DNA of 64,000 nucleotides from Octopus vulgaris (lineage: Eukaryota). A program made the position numbers and the translations under genes. The notes beneath the pieces were generated by a model. The model did not search any database, had not been told where the DNA came from, and saw only the letters and a program-made list of their open reading frames with translations. The stretch lies in NCBI GenBank assembly GCA_951406725.2, contig OX597820.1, positions 66,340,001-66,404,000 of the forward strand, written 5' to 3'. This document shows, in pieces, positions 26,245 through 39,559 of this stretch (its first letter is position 1; every line of letters begins with the position of its first letter).

Positions 26245-26604
26245 TCAAGCAAGCAAAAGATACCGAAAGACCGCAAGAAAATGGACAAAACTTTCGTAGC
26301 CATAAAGCGAGACAGATGAGTGACAACCTGGCCACTGGTGGTGGTGTTACACACCATACTAATCATATCTGTCAGGCATGTGGAAGAGAGTGTAATTCGG
26401 CAGGAAGAGTTAAACGACATGCAAAGTTACATGAAGCCCAGTTACAACTACAGCCGGCTATTGCCGATAAAGGTTTTAGCTGCCAATTCTGTACAAGACA
26501 TTGTAGATCTTTAGCTGGGCTAAAAAGTCACATTCGATTACAGCACAGATAACAGTTAAGCCTCGTGCAATGGCCATACTCGATAACGAGGGGGCAGCCA
26601 TCAT
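26245..26604 (+). mobile_element. RTE-type LINE 3' end encoding two C2H2 zinc fingers (ORF 26316-26552)
   Basis: Fingers CQACGRECNSAGRVKRHAKLH and CQFCTRHCRSLAGLKSHIRLQH; short 3'UTR with hairpin CTCG-ATAA-CGAG. The same 3' end recurs at 31586-31656. Confidence 0.75.
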
Positions 26605-27704
26605 GTATGTATTTATTTATGTATGTATGTAGGTAAAAAATGGAAGTGTGATAATTCGAGAGAGATTTGGGTGCTATTTTTAGCTGCCCGAATGAAGCAG
26701 TCTCATTGGCTCTCCAGATCCAATATTTATTATTGCTGTGGTTGGTGTTGTCGGATGGTTCTTGTGGCGGTGATGATCGATAGCTGTGGAAGTGGTGGTG
26801 ATGGTGGTTGCTTATGTTAATGTTGATGGCTGTGGTGGTGGTTGGAAGTGATAGTGGTGCTGGTGATTGGGAATGATAGTGGTGGTGGCGTTGATGGTGG
26901 TGATGGTGGAGATTAGAAGTGGTAGTGTTGGTGACGGTGATTTATGATTATGGTGGTGATGGCGGCGGTGGCGGTAATGGTGGTAGTAGTACTGTAATTG
27001 ATGGTCAGTGGTCGTGGGTTGTCGGTGATGGTTGGTGCTGCTGACCAATGGTTCATGTGGTGGTGGTCACGGTAGAACTGAATGCCATTGGTTTTGATGA
27101 TGGTATTATTGGCTGCTGGTTGTGCTTCTTATAGTAGTAGTAGTAGTGGTAGATATAATTCTTTTATAGACAGAGAAGTGTTCGCAGCAGCAGCAGCAGT
27201 AGCAGTAGTAATGGTGGTGGTGGTGGTTTTGGTAGAGACTATTGGTCCCAATAGACGTAAAGGTAATGTGGTGCTATTCATAATCATGTGTTTTGTTTTT
27301 AGCTGGGTTGGTGGGGGATTTTGTTTTGGAGGATGTTGTTGTAGGGGTAGTGGTGAGAGAACTGTAATTGTAGTGGTGGCGATGGTGGTTACTACAGTGG
27401 TGGTTGTGATGATGATGATGATGATGATGGTGATGGTGGTGGTGGTGGTGGTGGTGATATTGGTAACGGTCGTGTTGAAGGTGTTAGGCATATAGGTAGG
27501 TAGGTTAAGCCGTGATTGGCTGATGGCGATGATGCCGGTTGTTACCGAATCTTTCATCGATGTATAAACCCCTTCCACACCCACACACGCACACGCGCGC
27601 GCATACTCACCTTACATTCACACACACATACACAAATACGCACACATACTCACCTTACATTCACATACACACAACATAGCTCACACAAACACACTCACTC
27701 TCTT

Positions 27705-27761
<57 letters not shown>

Positions 27762-28236
27762 CATATACACACACTACCGAAGATTATATTTACAACCTCT
27801 CCTTTACTTCCACCGCCACCATCTTGCTACCGCTGCTGTTTCCTTCGACATCAACAAATGGTTTCCCTTATACATTTAGAATTTGAGGGTGGTGGAGAAG
27901 AGAGAGAGAGAGAGAGAGGGCCTGTGTGTGATGGTTCTTGTTTTTTTACTATTGTTATTGTTTTGTGCCTATTTCTGGCAAATACTTTCTTGATTTTTTT
28001 TTGGTTTTTGTTTCTGTTACTATTGTTTTTGTTGTTGTTTTTTTATGAAGTAGAATTATGTTTCAAACGTAGAAGTAAATTTTCTGTGTTTAGGAACGGT
28101 GCTATATTTTCGGATAGCTTGGAAAGGTTGACTTCTGTGTTTGTCTCGGTGGAAAGAAAGAAAGAAAAAGCAACAAAAAAAAATAGAACAATAGAAGCGG
28201 AGTTGGAAAACACAAGAAAAAATACTATAAAATTTT

Positions 28237-28281
<45 letters not shown>

Positions 28282-29164
28282 GATTCGTATGCATTGTTAT
28301 AGTATGTAAGATTTATTCACCTTAGTGTGGATATGGATATGTGTATCTGAGAGGGGTAGAGGAGAGGAGGAAGAAAAGAAGGAAAGAGAAAGATCGGGGA
28401 AAGGGGTGCTCATCCGACTGATACGATACAATAATTGCAATAAGGAGCGATTTCATTTGGAAGGTAGGAGTAATTTTCTGGTTTCACTTTCACTTTCATT
28501 ACTGGACCTCCAACCACCTCACAAGTTGTACATATGAACACACTTTGTCTGTCTTATTCCCTCATCACTTTCTCGTACATACACGCACATACATACATAG
28601 ATACATATATACATACATACATACATACATACATATAATGCTCATCATTACCTATCATCATAGATGCATTAGGCTATACGTCTACAAATTTACACATAAC
28701 CCTAGAAGTACTAGATTTTGTGAAGGAAGAGCAAAAGAAACTGACGCGGATTTCCAAATCCAATCTATTAGCGAAACTGAAAATGTGTAAGACATTCCAA
28801 AGATCATCTATCTGATTGAACTGTCGATACATACACTTGGGTGTGTGTATGACGGTTGCTTATTTCAGCGGGTCGAGTGAGCGGAAAGAGAGATTGAGAG
28901 AGAGAGAGAAATACAGGGAGAAACAGATAAAAAAAAGAACGGATTGAGACAAACAGACATACAGACCAGCAGAAAGAGAGAGAGAGGGGGCGAGGGGACT
29001 TATTCGTTGAGACAAGTATGATAAAGAAGTTTATATTTTGAGAGGTTTAGAGTTCTGGTGCTCAAGGAATAGCCAATCATCACAAGTTTAGCTAGCGTCT
29101 ATCTATTTCTCTCTGTCTGTCTCTCTCTCTCTCTCTCTGTTTCTCTCTCTCTCTCTCTCTCTCA

Positions 29165-29255
29165 CTCTCTCATCTCCCCGCATTTCTCTCTCTCTCTCTC
29201 TATCTCATCTCCCCGCATTTCTCTCTCTCTCTCTCTATCTCATCTCCCCGCCTTT
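29165..29255. repeat. Three-unit CATCTCCCCGCATTT(CT)n minisatellite within a (CT)n tract
   Basis: Direct reading. Confidence 0.8.
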
Positions 29256-29283
29256 CTCTCTCTCTCTCTCTCTTTCTCTATGT

Positions 29284-29595
29284 CAGGTGTTCTTAAAGAT
29301 TTTTTAACTATGGACCTCTGATTACTATGTCATTCTGGTCAACCCTCATAGCCATTCGATGTTTCATAGAACCTTCTTTCAAAATTCCTCTTTTGATTCT
29401 CCCCACATTAACTTGTGTAGGTTGAACTATGTAAAAAGAAAGCTGTTTTTTGCAATACATACAAATACAGACATCTAGAGCAAAATATTTTTTAGGGACC
29501 CTTAAAATAGTATTGTGGATCCCGAGTTAATTATTTTGTTGCGTGAACCCCCTCCCCCCAAACATCCTATGTGAACCCTTGTTGGGGAATCACTG
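29284..29595. mobile_element. hAT(Charlie)-like MITE
   Basis: Ends CAGGTGTTCTTAA and GTTGGGGAATCACTG resemble degenerate CAGTGGTTCTCAAC-type TIRs. Internal similarity to 7880-8540. Confidence 0.55.
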
Positions 29596-30161
29596 CTCCA
29601 CGCGCCTACAGGATACGTTTGGCGGTTAAAAACAGGGGCACATGTAGTCAAAACACGTTAGAGATTTAATTTGTACCTTCGAACTTGAAGACAATTCACT
29701 TGAAGTCGTCGTTGCGCTTAAATGTTTCTCCCTTCTCAGCGTTGGTTTATATGACAAAGAGTCATTACATACCTACGACACGTACGTGTTTTTAATGTAT
29801 GTACTTCTCTCGCGGCATACATAACTAAAAACGCACACACACACACACCCGTATTCGCTCATACGTATGTAACATTTTGTAGACTAGGTGGAACCTACCT
29901 ATTTTAGCCAACAAGCTGAAGGCTTTATTTTTCTATTCACCCAGTTTTATTTTTTTTTTACATTCACTTTCTTTCTTACAATATAAATCCGTCGCAATTA
30001 CACAACGCACCATTGCACTTCGATTGCGTTGAACCGAGGAAAATGCGGTGACATCATCATCATCATCATCAGCGACATTCTTGATTATTGTTATTACTAT
30101 ATATATATATATCCTTGTTGCATACATGTATATAAGCACGCACTGACACACATTGTTTGTT

Positions 30162-30199
<38 letters not shown>

Positions 30200-30321
30200 C
30201 ATATATAGAATACATGTATTATATATTTTATATATGTATTCATGTATATACATAAAATATATGTATTATATTTTATATATATATTCATGTATATATATAA
30301 AATATATGTATTATATATATA

Positions 30322-30733
30322 GGCGCAGGAGTGGCTGTGTGGTAAGTAGCTTGCTAACCAACCACATGGTACCGGGTTCAGTCCACTGCGTGGCATCTTG
30401 GGCAAGTGTCTTCTGCTATAGCCCCGGGCCGACCAATGCCTTGTGAGTGGATTTGGTAGACAGAAACTGAAAGAAGCCTGTCGTATATATGTATATATAT
30501 ATGCATGTGTGTTTGTTTGTGTGTCTGTGTTTGTCCCCCTAGCATTGCTTGACAACCGATGCTGGTGTGTTTATGTCCCCGTTACTTAGCGGGTCGGCAA
30601 AAGAGACCGATAGAATAAGTACTGGGCTTACAAAAAGAATAAGTTCCGGGGTCGAGTTGCTCGATTAAAGGCGGTGCTCCAGCATGGCCGCAGTCAAACG
30701 ACTGAAACAAGTAAAAGAGAGAGAGTAAAGAGT
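30322..30733 (+). mobile_element. SINE-B, full length, inside an AT-rich minisatellite
   Basis: GGCGCAGGAGTGGCTGTGTGG..AAGTAAAAGAG, flanked by direct repeats of TATATATAAAATATATGTATTATATATA. Confidence 0.9.
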
Positions 30734-30834
30734 ATATATAAAATATATGTATTATATATATATATAAAATATATGTATTATATATTTTATATATGTATTC
30801 ATGTATATATATATATATATATATTCCAGTAAAC

Positions 30835-30934
<100 letters not shown>

Positions 30935-31125
30935 CGTTGCTATTGTACAAAAGTGTCGTGAGCCCAAAACGTTGCTTTTACAGAAAAGGAAAAAATGTTT
31001 TCACCATTCCATAGCAAAACCGTTGTACTACACTTTGACAATTTTTGATATCTTGGCATCTGAAGCAGTTGGAGATGTGATAGTTTGACCAAAAGAACCG
31101 GCTATTGCAAGCAGAAATAAATATT

Positions 31126-31504
31126 CATTTCCACACTAGGCCTGAAAGTTTTTGGGAGGGGGCCAGTCGATTAGATCCACTTAAGTACGTAACTGGTACT
31201 TAATTTATCGACCCCTAAAGGATGAAAGGCAAAGTCGAACTCTGCGGAATTTGAACTCAGAACGTAAAGACAGACGAAATACCTATTTCTTTACTACCCA
31301 CAAGGGGCTAAAATCAGAGAGGACAAACAAGGACAGACAAACGGATTAAGTCGATTATATCGACCCAAGTGCGTAACTGGTATTTATTTAATCGACCCCG
31401 GAAGGATGAAAGGCAAAGTCGACCTCGGTGGAATTTGAACTCAGAACGTAACGGCAGACGAAATACCGCAAAACATTTCGCCCAGCGTGCCAGCTTGCCG
31501 CCTT
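31126..31504 (-). mobile_element. SINE-A heterodimer with 16-bp TSD
   Basis: TSD AGCA(G/A)AAATAAATATT at 31110-31125 and 31505-31520. Junction GACGAAATACCTATTTCTTT near 31273-31292. Confidence 0.85.
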
Positions 31505-31585
31505 AGCAAAAATAAATATTGACAAAGAAAAACGCAATTAGACATACAACAGTTCAACATAATAACGACGAGATATATATGTATA

Positions 31586-31656
31586 CATTCGATCACAGCA
31601 ACAGTAACAGTTAAGCTTCGTGCAATGGCCATACTCGATAACGAGGGAGCAGCCAT
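31586..31656 (+). mobile_element. Very short 3' copy of the zinc-finger RTE LINE
   Basis: TAACAGTTAAGC.TCGTGCAATGGCCATACTCGATAACGAGGG.GCAGCCAT is near-identical to 26550-26601. Confidence 0.85.
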
Positions 31657-31694
31657 AATATATATATGTATGTATACATACTATATATATATAT

Positions 31695-31860
31695 GTGTGT
31701 GTATACATACCATATATATATGTATGCCTACCATATTATATGCATATATGTATACATACTATATATATGTATATATATATGTGTGTGTGTGTATACATAC
31801 CATATATATATGTATGCCTACCATATTATATGCATATATGTATACATACTATATATATTA
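31695..31860. repeat. Tandem duplication of an AT-rich unit of about 90 bp
   Basis: GTATACATACCATATATATATGTATGCCTACCATATTATATGCATATATG occurs twice. Confidence 0.8.
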
Positions 31861-32246
31861 TATATATGCACACACACACACATGTATATATATAATGCAT
31901 ACATACATATATACATACAACAAGAATGCAAAAACTGAAAGCCCTGTTCGAACAAAGGTCTTCCTCGGTCTTTCTCTCTGCACTGATAGTTTACATATTT
32001 CAAATTCTTTTCTCTTTAAATACCTTTTCAGTAACAACAGCAACATTTTCAACTACGACGACAACAACAATAAGAACAACAAAAACAACAACGATGACAG
32101 AATGAAACTATATGAGTTTATATTTCAATAGCAAAGAAAAGACAAGTTTTAAAGACTAGCTGTCTTCTTGGTGAAAGAGGGAAATAGAGACAGAGAGAGA
32201 GAGAGCTAGAGCACGACTCGTTTTCAAGATCTTTATTACATACATT

Positions 32247-32284
<38 letters not shown>

Positions 32285-32651
32285 GTATAATCCTATCTTG
32301 GGATATAAAAGAATGACATTTAATTTATATCCTTTGCTAGAGTTTATGAAAGCGTATTTTAAAGATATGCTGCATATTGTCCTGTCTTCGTGCATGCGTT
32401 CTAAATAACCGTGTGTGCACTAAGTGTTTATTTATATGTCAATATACATAGCTATGTATGTATGTACGTATATATATATATGTGTGTGTATATATATACA
32501 CACACAACACATACATCCACGTGTATGTGTTTCTGAAAATGATTTAGGAATGCAGCTTAAGAAACGGAGGTCATATAGCATGCACTGTGCTTTCAGTTTA
32601 GAGCGATATATATCTTAGCAGAACGTGGAAACTAACTAAGTCAAAAACAAT

Positions 32652-32691
<40 letters not shown>

Positions 32692-32720
32692 CGCGAAGAA
32701 GAATGTGTATTTTTACCATG

Positions 32721-32920
32721 ACGCAATTGGGTTTCTGGAAACTGCTGGTTTGCGTAGACGCAAAGACAATTGACAACCGGAGATAAATGACAGACGTTCG
32801 GATTTACTTAAATTATTTATTCTCAGATTTTCTCAAAAGTTATGTACATTCTCGCCTACGTCGTTTCGTTTCTCGTTGCGGTTTTTACGAATGCATCGGT
32901 TTCCAGAAAGACAAGTGCGT
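32721..32920. mobile_element. 200-bp MITE with imperfect TIRs of about 27 bp
   Basis: ACGCAATTGGGTTTCTGGAAACTGCTG versus the reverse complement of the right end, ACGCACTTGTCTTTCTGGAAACCGATG. Confidence 0.6.
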
Positions 32921-32984
32921 ACTCTAAAATGTAATTTAAAAAAAAAAAAAATTTTTTTTTAACATTTATGGTTCTGAGTGTATT

Positions 32985-33370
32985 ACCTGTTTCAGTCATT
33001 TGTCTACGGCCTTGGTGGGGCATCGCTTTGAAGAATTTTAGTCGAGCAAAGCAACCCCACCAGAACTTTTTTTAAGCCTAGTATTTTATTTTATTGGTGT
33101 GATTTGAACCGCTAAGTTACAAGGACGTAAACAACCAACACACCGGTTGTCAAGTGATGGTGGGTGGGACAGACACACACACACACATAAGTATGTATAT
33201 ATATATACGACGGGCTTCTTTCAGTTTCCATCTACCGTATCCACTCGCAAGGCTTTGGTCGTCATGAGGTTAACGTAGAAGGCACTTGCCTAATGTGCCA
33301 CGCAGAAGGACTGAACCCGGAATCATGTGGTTGAGAAGCAAGCTCCGTACCACACAGCTGCGTCTATGTG
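32985..33370 (-). mobile_element. SINE-B (older copy)
   Basis: Family-B blocks in the expected order. Confidence 0.8.
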
Positions 33371-33372
33371 CT

Positions 33373-33403
<31 letters not shown>

Positions 33404-33995
33404 GTATATTTTATGTGTGTATATGTGTGTATTTTAAAAATACACATACGCACGCATGGTCACGCATGAACCATGGCTTTCTAGTCTTGCGTCACCTTTA
33501 TTTTTTTCAGTACATTTCGGACTTTATCTCGTAATGTGCTTTTCCTCTTTTTTCTTAAGATAGCAGGCTATGACTGAAGTTTGATCCAGCTCTTATTTTT
33601 AGCAATCTTATCAACCATATATATATATATATAGGCTCTTCCTGCCTTCATATACGTGTGTGTACTTAGGTGTATATATATGTTCATTATTTAAAAAGTC
33701 TATATTCTCGTAAAAACTATACCAAGCAAGGGTGTCAAAAAAAGTGGGTGACTTGTGTTGCACAAGTGTTCTCTGTGTGTGTATGTGTGTGGTGTGTATA
33801 CGCTCTCAAAAATGTAGTTTAACTTGTTTATTTGTATGTTGCTTTTATTGTCTAATAAAAGTCACAAAAGTTTTTTTAAGTGTGAACACCGCCGTCGAGG
33901 GTATATAATAGGTTACCTGTGTGTATGTGTAGACTTCGTGTATACGCCTGTGTGTTTCTCTTTCACTGCATCTATCTATCTATCTATCTATCTAC

Positions 33996-34047
<52 letters not shown>

Positions 34048-34338
34048 ACGGGAAGCTTTATGAAAATAAACAAAAGACGAAGGCAGGTGGAATACAAACA
34101 AACAATTGTATTAGTATGGCGCTCAGGAATATAAATAAAACAAGTCTTTTACGTTTCGAGCCTACGCTCTTCAACAGAAAGATACACAGAAAGAAACAAG
34201 GAGAGAAAAAAAATGTGTGCAGAGGCTAGCGAATCAACATGGCGATCTGATTTCGGCCAGAAGTCAAAGATCAAACGTGAGACGCAAGAGCGAAATTAGG
34301 GGAGATAACAGGGTTAAATGACCTCGCCCCAACATAAG

Positions 34339-34340
<2 letters not shown>
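34048..34340 (-). mobile_element. Penelope-like element terminal-repeat fragment (longest copy)
   Basis: Flanked by (TA)n on both sides; homologous to the copies at 9715 and 17940. Confidence 0.65.
34145..34182 (-). ncRNA. Minimal type-I hammerhead ribozyme-like motif (variant core)
   Basis: TCTTT-CTGTTGA-A-GAGC GTAG GCTC-GAAA-CGTA-AAAGA: stem I TCTTT/AAAGA, stem II GAGC/GCTC, palindromic ACGT stem III, GUA site. Confidence 0.6.
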
Positions 34341-34398
<58 letters not shown>

Positions 34399-34594
34399 GA
34401 GAGAGATAGAGGGTGAGATAGATGCATGCATACATACATGCATATATCTGCATATACGGGCAAACTATTCGTCTCCAGATGTGTGTGAGTGCATGTGTTT
34501 GATACATGAACCGAATTATTGAACTCTGGCATATGTATATATTTTATGCATTACTCTCTCTCTCTCTCTCTCTCCTATTCTCTTCTCCCTGTCA

Positions 34595-34629
<35 letters not shown>

Positions 34630-34946
34630 TGCTCCCTTCTTCCTCTCTCACTATACCCCCCCCCCCCTCTAACAGTCTTTACGTTTTTATCTGATCATCG
34701 TCAGAAACTATTGCAGACTTGCTTCACCTCATGACTATTTCCAACAGTATTTATCGAACGCAGCAAATGTTGCCAAAATTGATTTTCTAGGTTCGAATTT
34801 CGAGCCGAAAACGAATTCTGAGTCGCTCTTTTCTTCAGACACACCATTATCGCTTTTTTTTGTTTTGTTTTTTTTTTTTATAATTCATTTAGTTGTTGTT
34901 GTTGTTATTTTGCTTTCCCATTTGTCAATTCCTTTCATTATCATCG

Positions 34947-35063
34947 TTCTTCTTCTTCTTCTTCTTCTTCTTCTTCTTCTTCTTTTTCTTCTTCTTCTTC
35001 TTCTTTTTCTTTTTCTTCTTCTTCTTCTTCTTCTTCTTCTTCTTCTTCTTCTTCTTCTTCTTC
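34947..35063. repeat. Long (TTC)n polypyrimidine triplet tract
   Basis: Direct reading; few interruptions. Confidence 0.95.
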
Positions 35064-35574
35064 GCCATCGCCACCTTTGTTTCTTTTGTTTTGAATAAAA
35101 TATATGCAATGCGAAGGAAGCTGCTGTTTCGAGTTACGATGTTAAAAAAGAACAATTTCGTTTGCGCGCGCGCGCGCACGTTTGCAAATGAGAGAGAATG
35201 ACGGAGAGAGAGAGAGAGAAACTGAGAGATATAAGGAATATATAATGCCTCCCCAAAAATACAAAAATAATAATAAATAAATAAATAAATAAAATCTTTA
35301 AGACTTAAAACGTTCTCGACAATTCGTCAGCAAACGAAATTCACACAAGGGACATTGCGGCATAATAAGGGCTCTTGGAGAAAGATCGGGATTGGATTTT
35401 ATTTATCTCTGATGATTCTGAAAGTAGCTTTGCTGTCTCCCAGATGAAACATTTTGCAAGTTGCAAGTTGTAAGTAACTTTAGAAATATTATGTTACACT
35501 CACTTAGCTCTCTGACGGCGTCGAGTACTTCGATTTGCAGACACCATAGTCGTATAATTAAGGATATGTGTGTG

Positions 35575-35743
<169 letters not shown>

Positions 35744-37225
35744 CATGTGTATACGCATACATATATAAAAAGAGAGGAATAGCTAGATAGATAGATGGGG
35801 AGAGAGAGAGAGAGAGAGAAGCGTCTTTTGTGACGACAAAGGCAATAGATGGCAGTGCCAAGCTTTATAAAGCTTCTCTACCATTGTCACCTGATTCTAA
35901 GTTGGCATCAACATGACTTTCAGGTGTTCTCACCTTAACACACCAAATAAACACAACAGAGACGGGAGTGGATTATCATCTTACAACCACCGTTTCACCT
36001 TTCAATATCCTCCTACATCGCTACTTTTATAGATTACCTTATTGGCGTAGATCGATATATAAGACCTAGGCACAGTTTATAGGTAGTGGTGGTGGTGGTG
36101 GTGGTCGTCGTCGTCATAGTTGTGGTCGTAATGGCTGTGTTGCCAATGTAGTAGTGGGGTGGTGGTGGTGGTTCTGGAGGTCGGTGGTTGTAGTTGCGGT
36201 GGTGTTAGCAGTATTGGTAGTAGTAGTAGAATTGGATGGTTAGTGATTTGCAACCATCACATGACGTCGCACATTCAGAAACGACAGGCTTCTACACAGT
36301 TTCCGTCTACCGAGATAACCATTCACAAGGCTTTTGGTCGACCCAGGGCTCTAGAAGAAGACACTTTTAACCCGAAATGTTGTGCAGTAGGACTGAACCC
36401 GAAACCATCTGGTTAGGAAGTAAGCTTTGTGAACTGCACAGCCACACTTGCGCCTAGAATGTAACTAGAGAAAAAATTACGCTGCTCTGTTGTGGTGATG
36501 ACGGTGGTCAGGGTGGTGGTGATGGTGGTGGTTTTAGTAGTAGTAGTAGTAGTAGTGATGGTGGTCGTGGTGGTGGCCTAGTTTGGAAATCACATTTACC
36601 CCAACCAAACAATCTGTTTGATGAGATAGTCCTCCAACACCCAATACCTCTACACTTATCACCATCAACAGCAGCAGCACTATCAACAATAACAATAATA
36701 ACAACAACACCATCATTAGCACCAATACACATCCACACCATTACAAACCACCTTCTCTCTCTCCCTCCATCCCTCCCTCCCTTCCATTATTACCATCACC
36801 GCTACAATCGCCATCATCAGCACCCACCACCACCATTACAACCAGCAACAACAACAACCACAACAGCTCCACACACACACATACATCATAGTTATGTCTC
36901 ATTAAAAAAAAAAAAAACAACGAATATGTACAATACTTTGTGTTATTATAGTCTGGTTTTATATACCTACTTACTGAAATATATTAGCTTGACCTCTCGG
37001 GTCAACTTTGTCATCGCTGCCCAATTTTACCTTGTGTGTGTGTGTGTGTCTTCTCTTATAGTTCCGCATTCTTTCTCTAATTTCTTTTTCCTTTCTTCCC
37101 TTTATTTTCTCTTATTTTCATTTTATTTTATTTCTGTTTTATTTTGTTAATTTATTATCTTTTTTTTTTGTCTCTGCGATTAAATTCAGTATTTTTCCCC
37201 AAATCTAGTTGCCCCCTCTCCTCTT

Positions 37226-37263
<38 letters not shown>

Positions 37264-38110
37264 GTCACGGTCACATATACCTACAGACATTCACACAAAC
37301 ATACGCTCATATGTATATTTATATATGTAAAGTATAAAGCATCGTCTCTTATATGTATACACACGCACTAATATAATATATATAGTGAAAGGTTCGATAT
37401 TTTTTTCAAGTGATGAATTGTAGTGAAAAATATAAAAAAGAAAGAAAATGCATAGAAATTTTATGTGGAAGGGAATGTGTGTGTGTGTGTGTGAATTAAA
37501 ATATCTACATAGCCGACCGGTTTCGTGTGTGCTAATCATAACTAAAAAGTTAGTGACACGCACACTCAGACACGTACACACATTATGAATATGCTTTATA
37601 TGTGTATATTCCACATGTGAAAGGTTTCACCTTTCATCTTTATCACCGTCATTATCATTGCCACCGCTACCATCTTTCATTATCACATTCATCATCATCA
37701 TCTCTAGTATTACTAGCCCCAACGAGACAGCTTCTTTGCGGTTGGTTGACTCGCCAGAATTGGCAGCCCATGTCCAGTGCAAATCACACACCACTTTAAA
37801 ATAAGATGTTACATGTTTATGGATAGCTTTTTGATTCACCTAAGGCTACACACCACCACCACCACCAATATCTATATGCCTGTTGCATTTTCTCTTCAGT
37901 TATATCGCTTTCTGTTCTGCGTTCAAATCAATCCTCTAGATAAGAATCTGGCTTTTCAATTAATTTCACTTTTTTTATCTTTCATATAAAGTACCTGTTA
38001 TATAACGGGGTTGATTCAAATCGGCTGCCTCTCTCCACTACTTCATCAGTCACCACATGACCTTGTGTGAGTGTTAGCAAAATCATCATCATCATTAAAA
38101 TCATCATCAT

Positions 38111-38397
38111 GTGACCGACCAGGCTATCAGATGTTGCTACACATCGCTTGTCACAATGCGCTTCGCATTATTTTAGCCTTCAAATGACGCCATCCCGCTG
38201 GCTAAGCGAGCAGGCCAACAGAAGAAAGAGTGAGGGAAAGTTGTGGCGAAAGAGTACAGCAGGGATCGCTACCACCCCATGTCGGAGACTCGTTGAGCTT
38301 TAGGTGTTTTCGCTCAATAAACACTCACAACGCCCGGTCTGGAAATCGAAACCGCGATCCTACGACCGCGAGTCCGCTGTCCTAACAACAGGGCAAT
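38111..38397 (-). mobile_element. tRNA-derived SINE, head D + tail 2, (ATG)n tail
   Basis: The head and body are shared with 10250-10442. The tail ..GAAGGCTAAAATAATGCGAAGCGCATTGTGAC..CCTGGTCGGTCAC is shared with the split element at 62692-63603. Confidence 0.85.
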
Positions 38398-38404
38398 CAT
38401 TAAA

Positions 38405-39135
38405 ATATTGGTTTCAAATTTTTGCACAAGGCCAGCAATTTCGGGGTAAGGTGTAAGTCGATTACATCGACCCCAGCGCTTAACTTGTACTAATTTTATC
38501 GACCACGAAGGGATGAAAAGCAGAGTCGACATCGGCGGAATTTGAACTCTGAAAGTAGAGACGGATGAAATGCCGCAAAGCACTTTGTTCGGCGTGATAG
38601 CGATTCTGCCAGCTCACCGTCTGAATGATTTTAAGATATTGATTTCTGATAATTAGCACAAGAACACAAACTTTTGGGAGGTATTGGGTTCGATTATATC
38701 GATCACAGTACTGAACTGAATGATATTCATTTTAATTGATATCTAGAAGACGATGAGTTTGAACTCAGAATGTAAAGGGTCGTAACTAAATAATAGAAGG
38801 CTTTTAGTTTGAGAAATCATAATTGTTTGTAATATATATATAGGACTCGTGAAGGCGACGAACTGGTAGAATCGTTAGCACCCTGGGCGAAATGCTTAGC
38901 GGTATTTCGTCCGTCTTCACGTTCTGAGTTCAAATTCTGGCGAGGTTGACTTTGCTTTTCATCCCGTCTAGGTTGATAAAAAAAAAAAACACTGGGGTCG
39001 ATATGTAATCGATTTACCCTTCCCCTTCCAAAATTACTGGCCTCAGGTGTGATTTGAACCGACAGTGTGAAGGTGCAGAACAAATGCTGCAAAGCATTTA
39101 AATCTGATGCTCTCACGATTCTGCCAATCAACTCC
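38405..39135. mobile_element. SINE-A cluster in both orientations
   Basis: Minus copies at 38405-38622, 38650-38810 and 39050-39135; plus copy at 38850-39050. Confidence 0.8.
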
Positions 39136-39181
39136 CTTGAGAAATAATTTTATTTTTTCTAAAAACGCAAAAATTCGTAGC

Positions 39182-39497
39182 TTAGTAAACTCCCTCTTAT
39201 CCGGTACCTAAATATCTGGAACTCTCAAGCATCCGGCATCCAGTAAAAAAAAATATTTTCCTAATTAGAGTCAATAGAACTTGGGCTAATTTGTGTTAAT
39301 TAATTAGTTGTCATTAAAAAAAATGTTGTATCTAAAATAGATCGTAGCTTTTCAAATAACAGGACAAAAATTTTTTTCTTACTTCATTAACAGTTCGTGT
39401 ATTTTATTAAGTTACTAAAACTTGTTCTTTACTTAAATTATATTTTTATTTTTCTCATATCTACTCTATTCAGAATATTAATGAAAATATATGTTTG

Positions 39498-39559
<62 letters not shown>

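Noticed and set aside
26316-26552. Host C2H2 zinc-finger gene
   Set aside because: It lacks TGEKP linkers, and its 3' flank recurs as a truncated copy at 31586, which fits a LINE 3' end.
27082-28325. 137-269 aa ORFs with hydrophobic, membrane-like stretches
   Set aside because: They derive from GGT/GAT low-complexity and T-rich tracts, with no domain or coherent splice structure.
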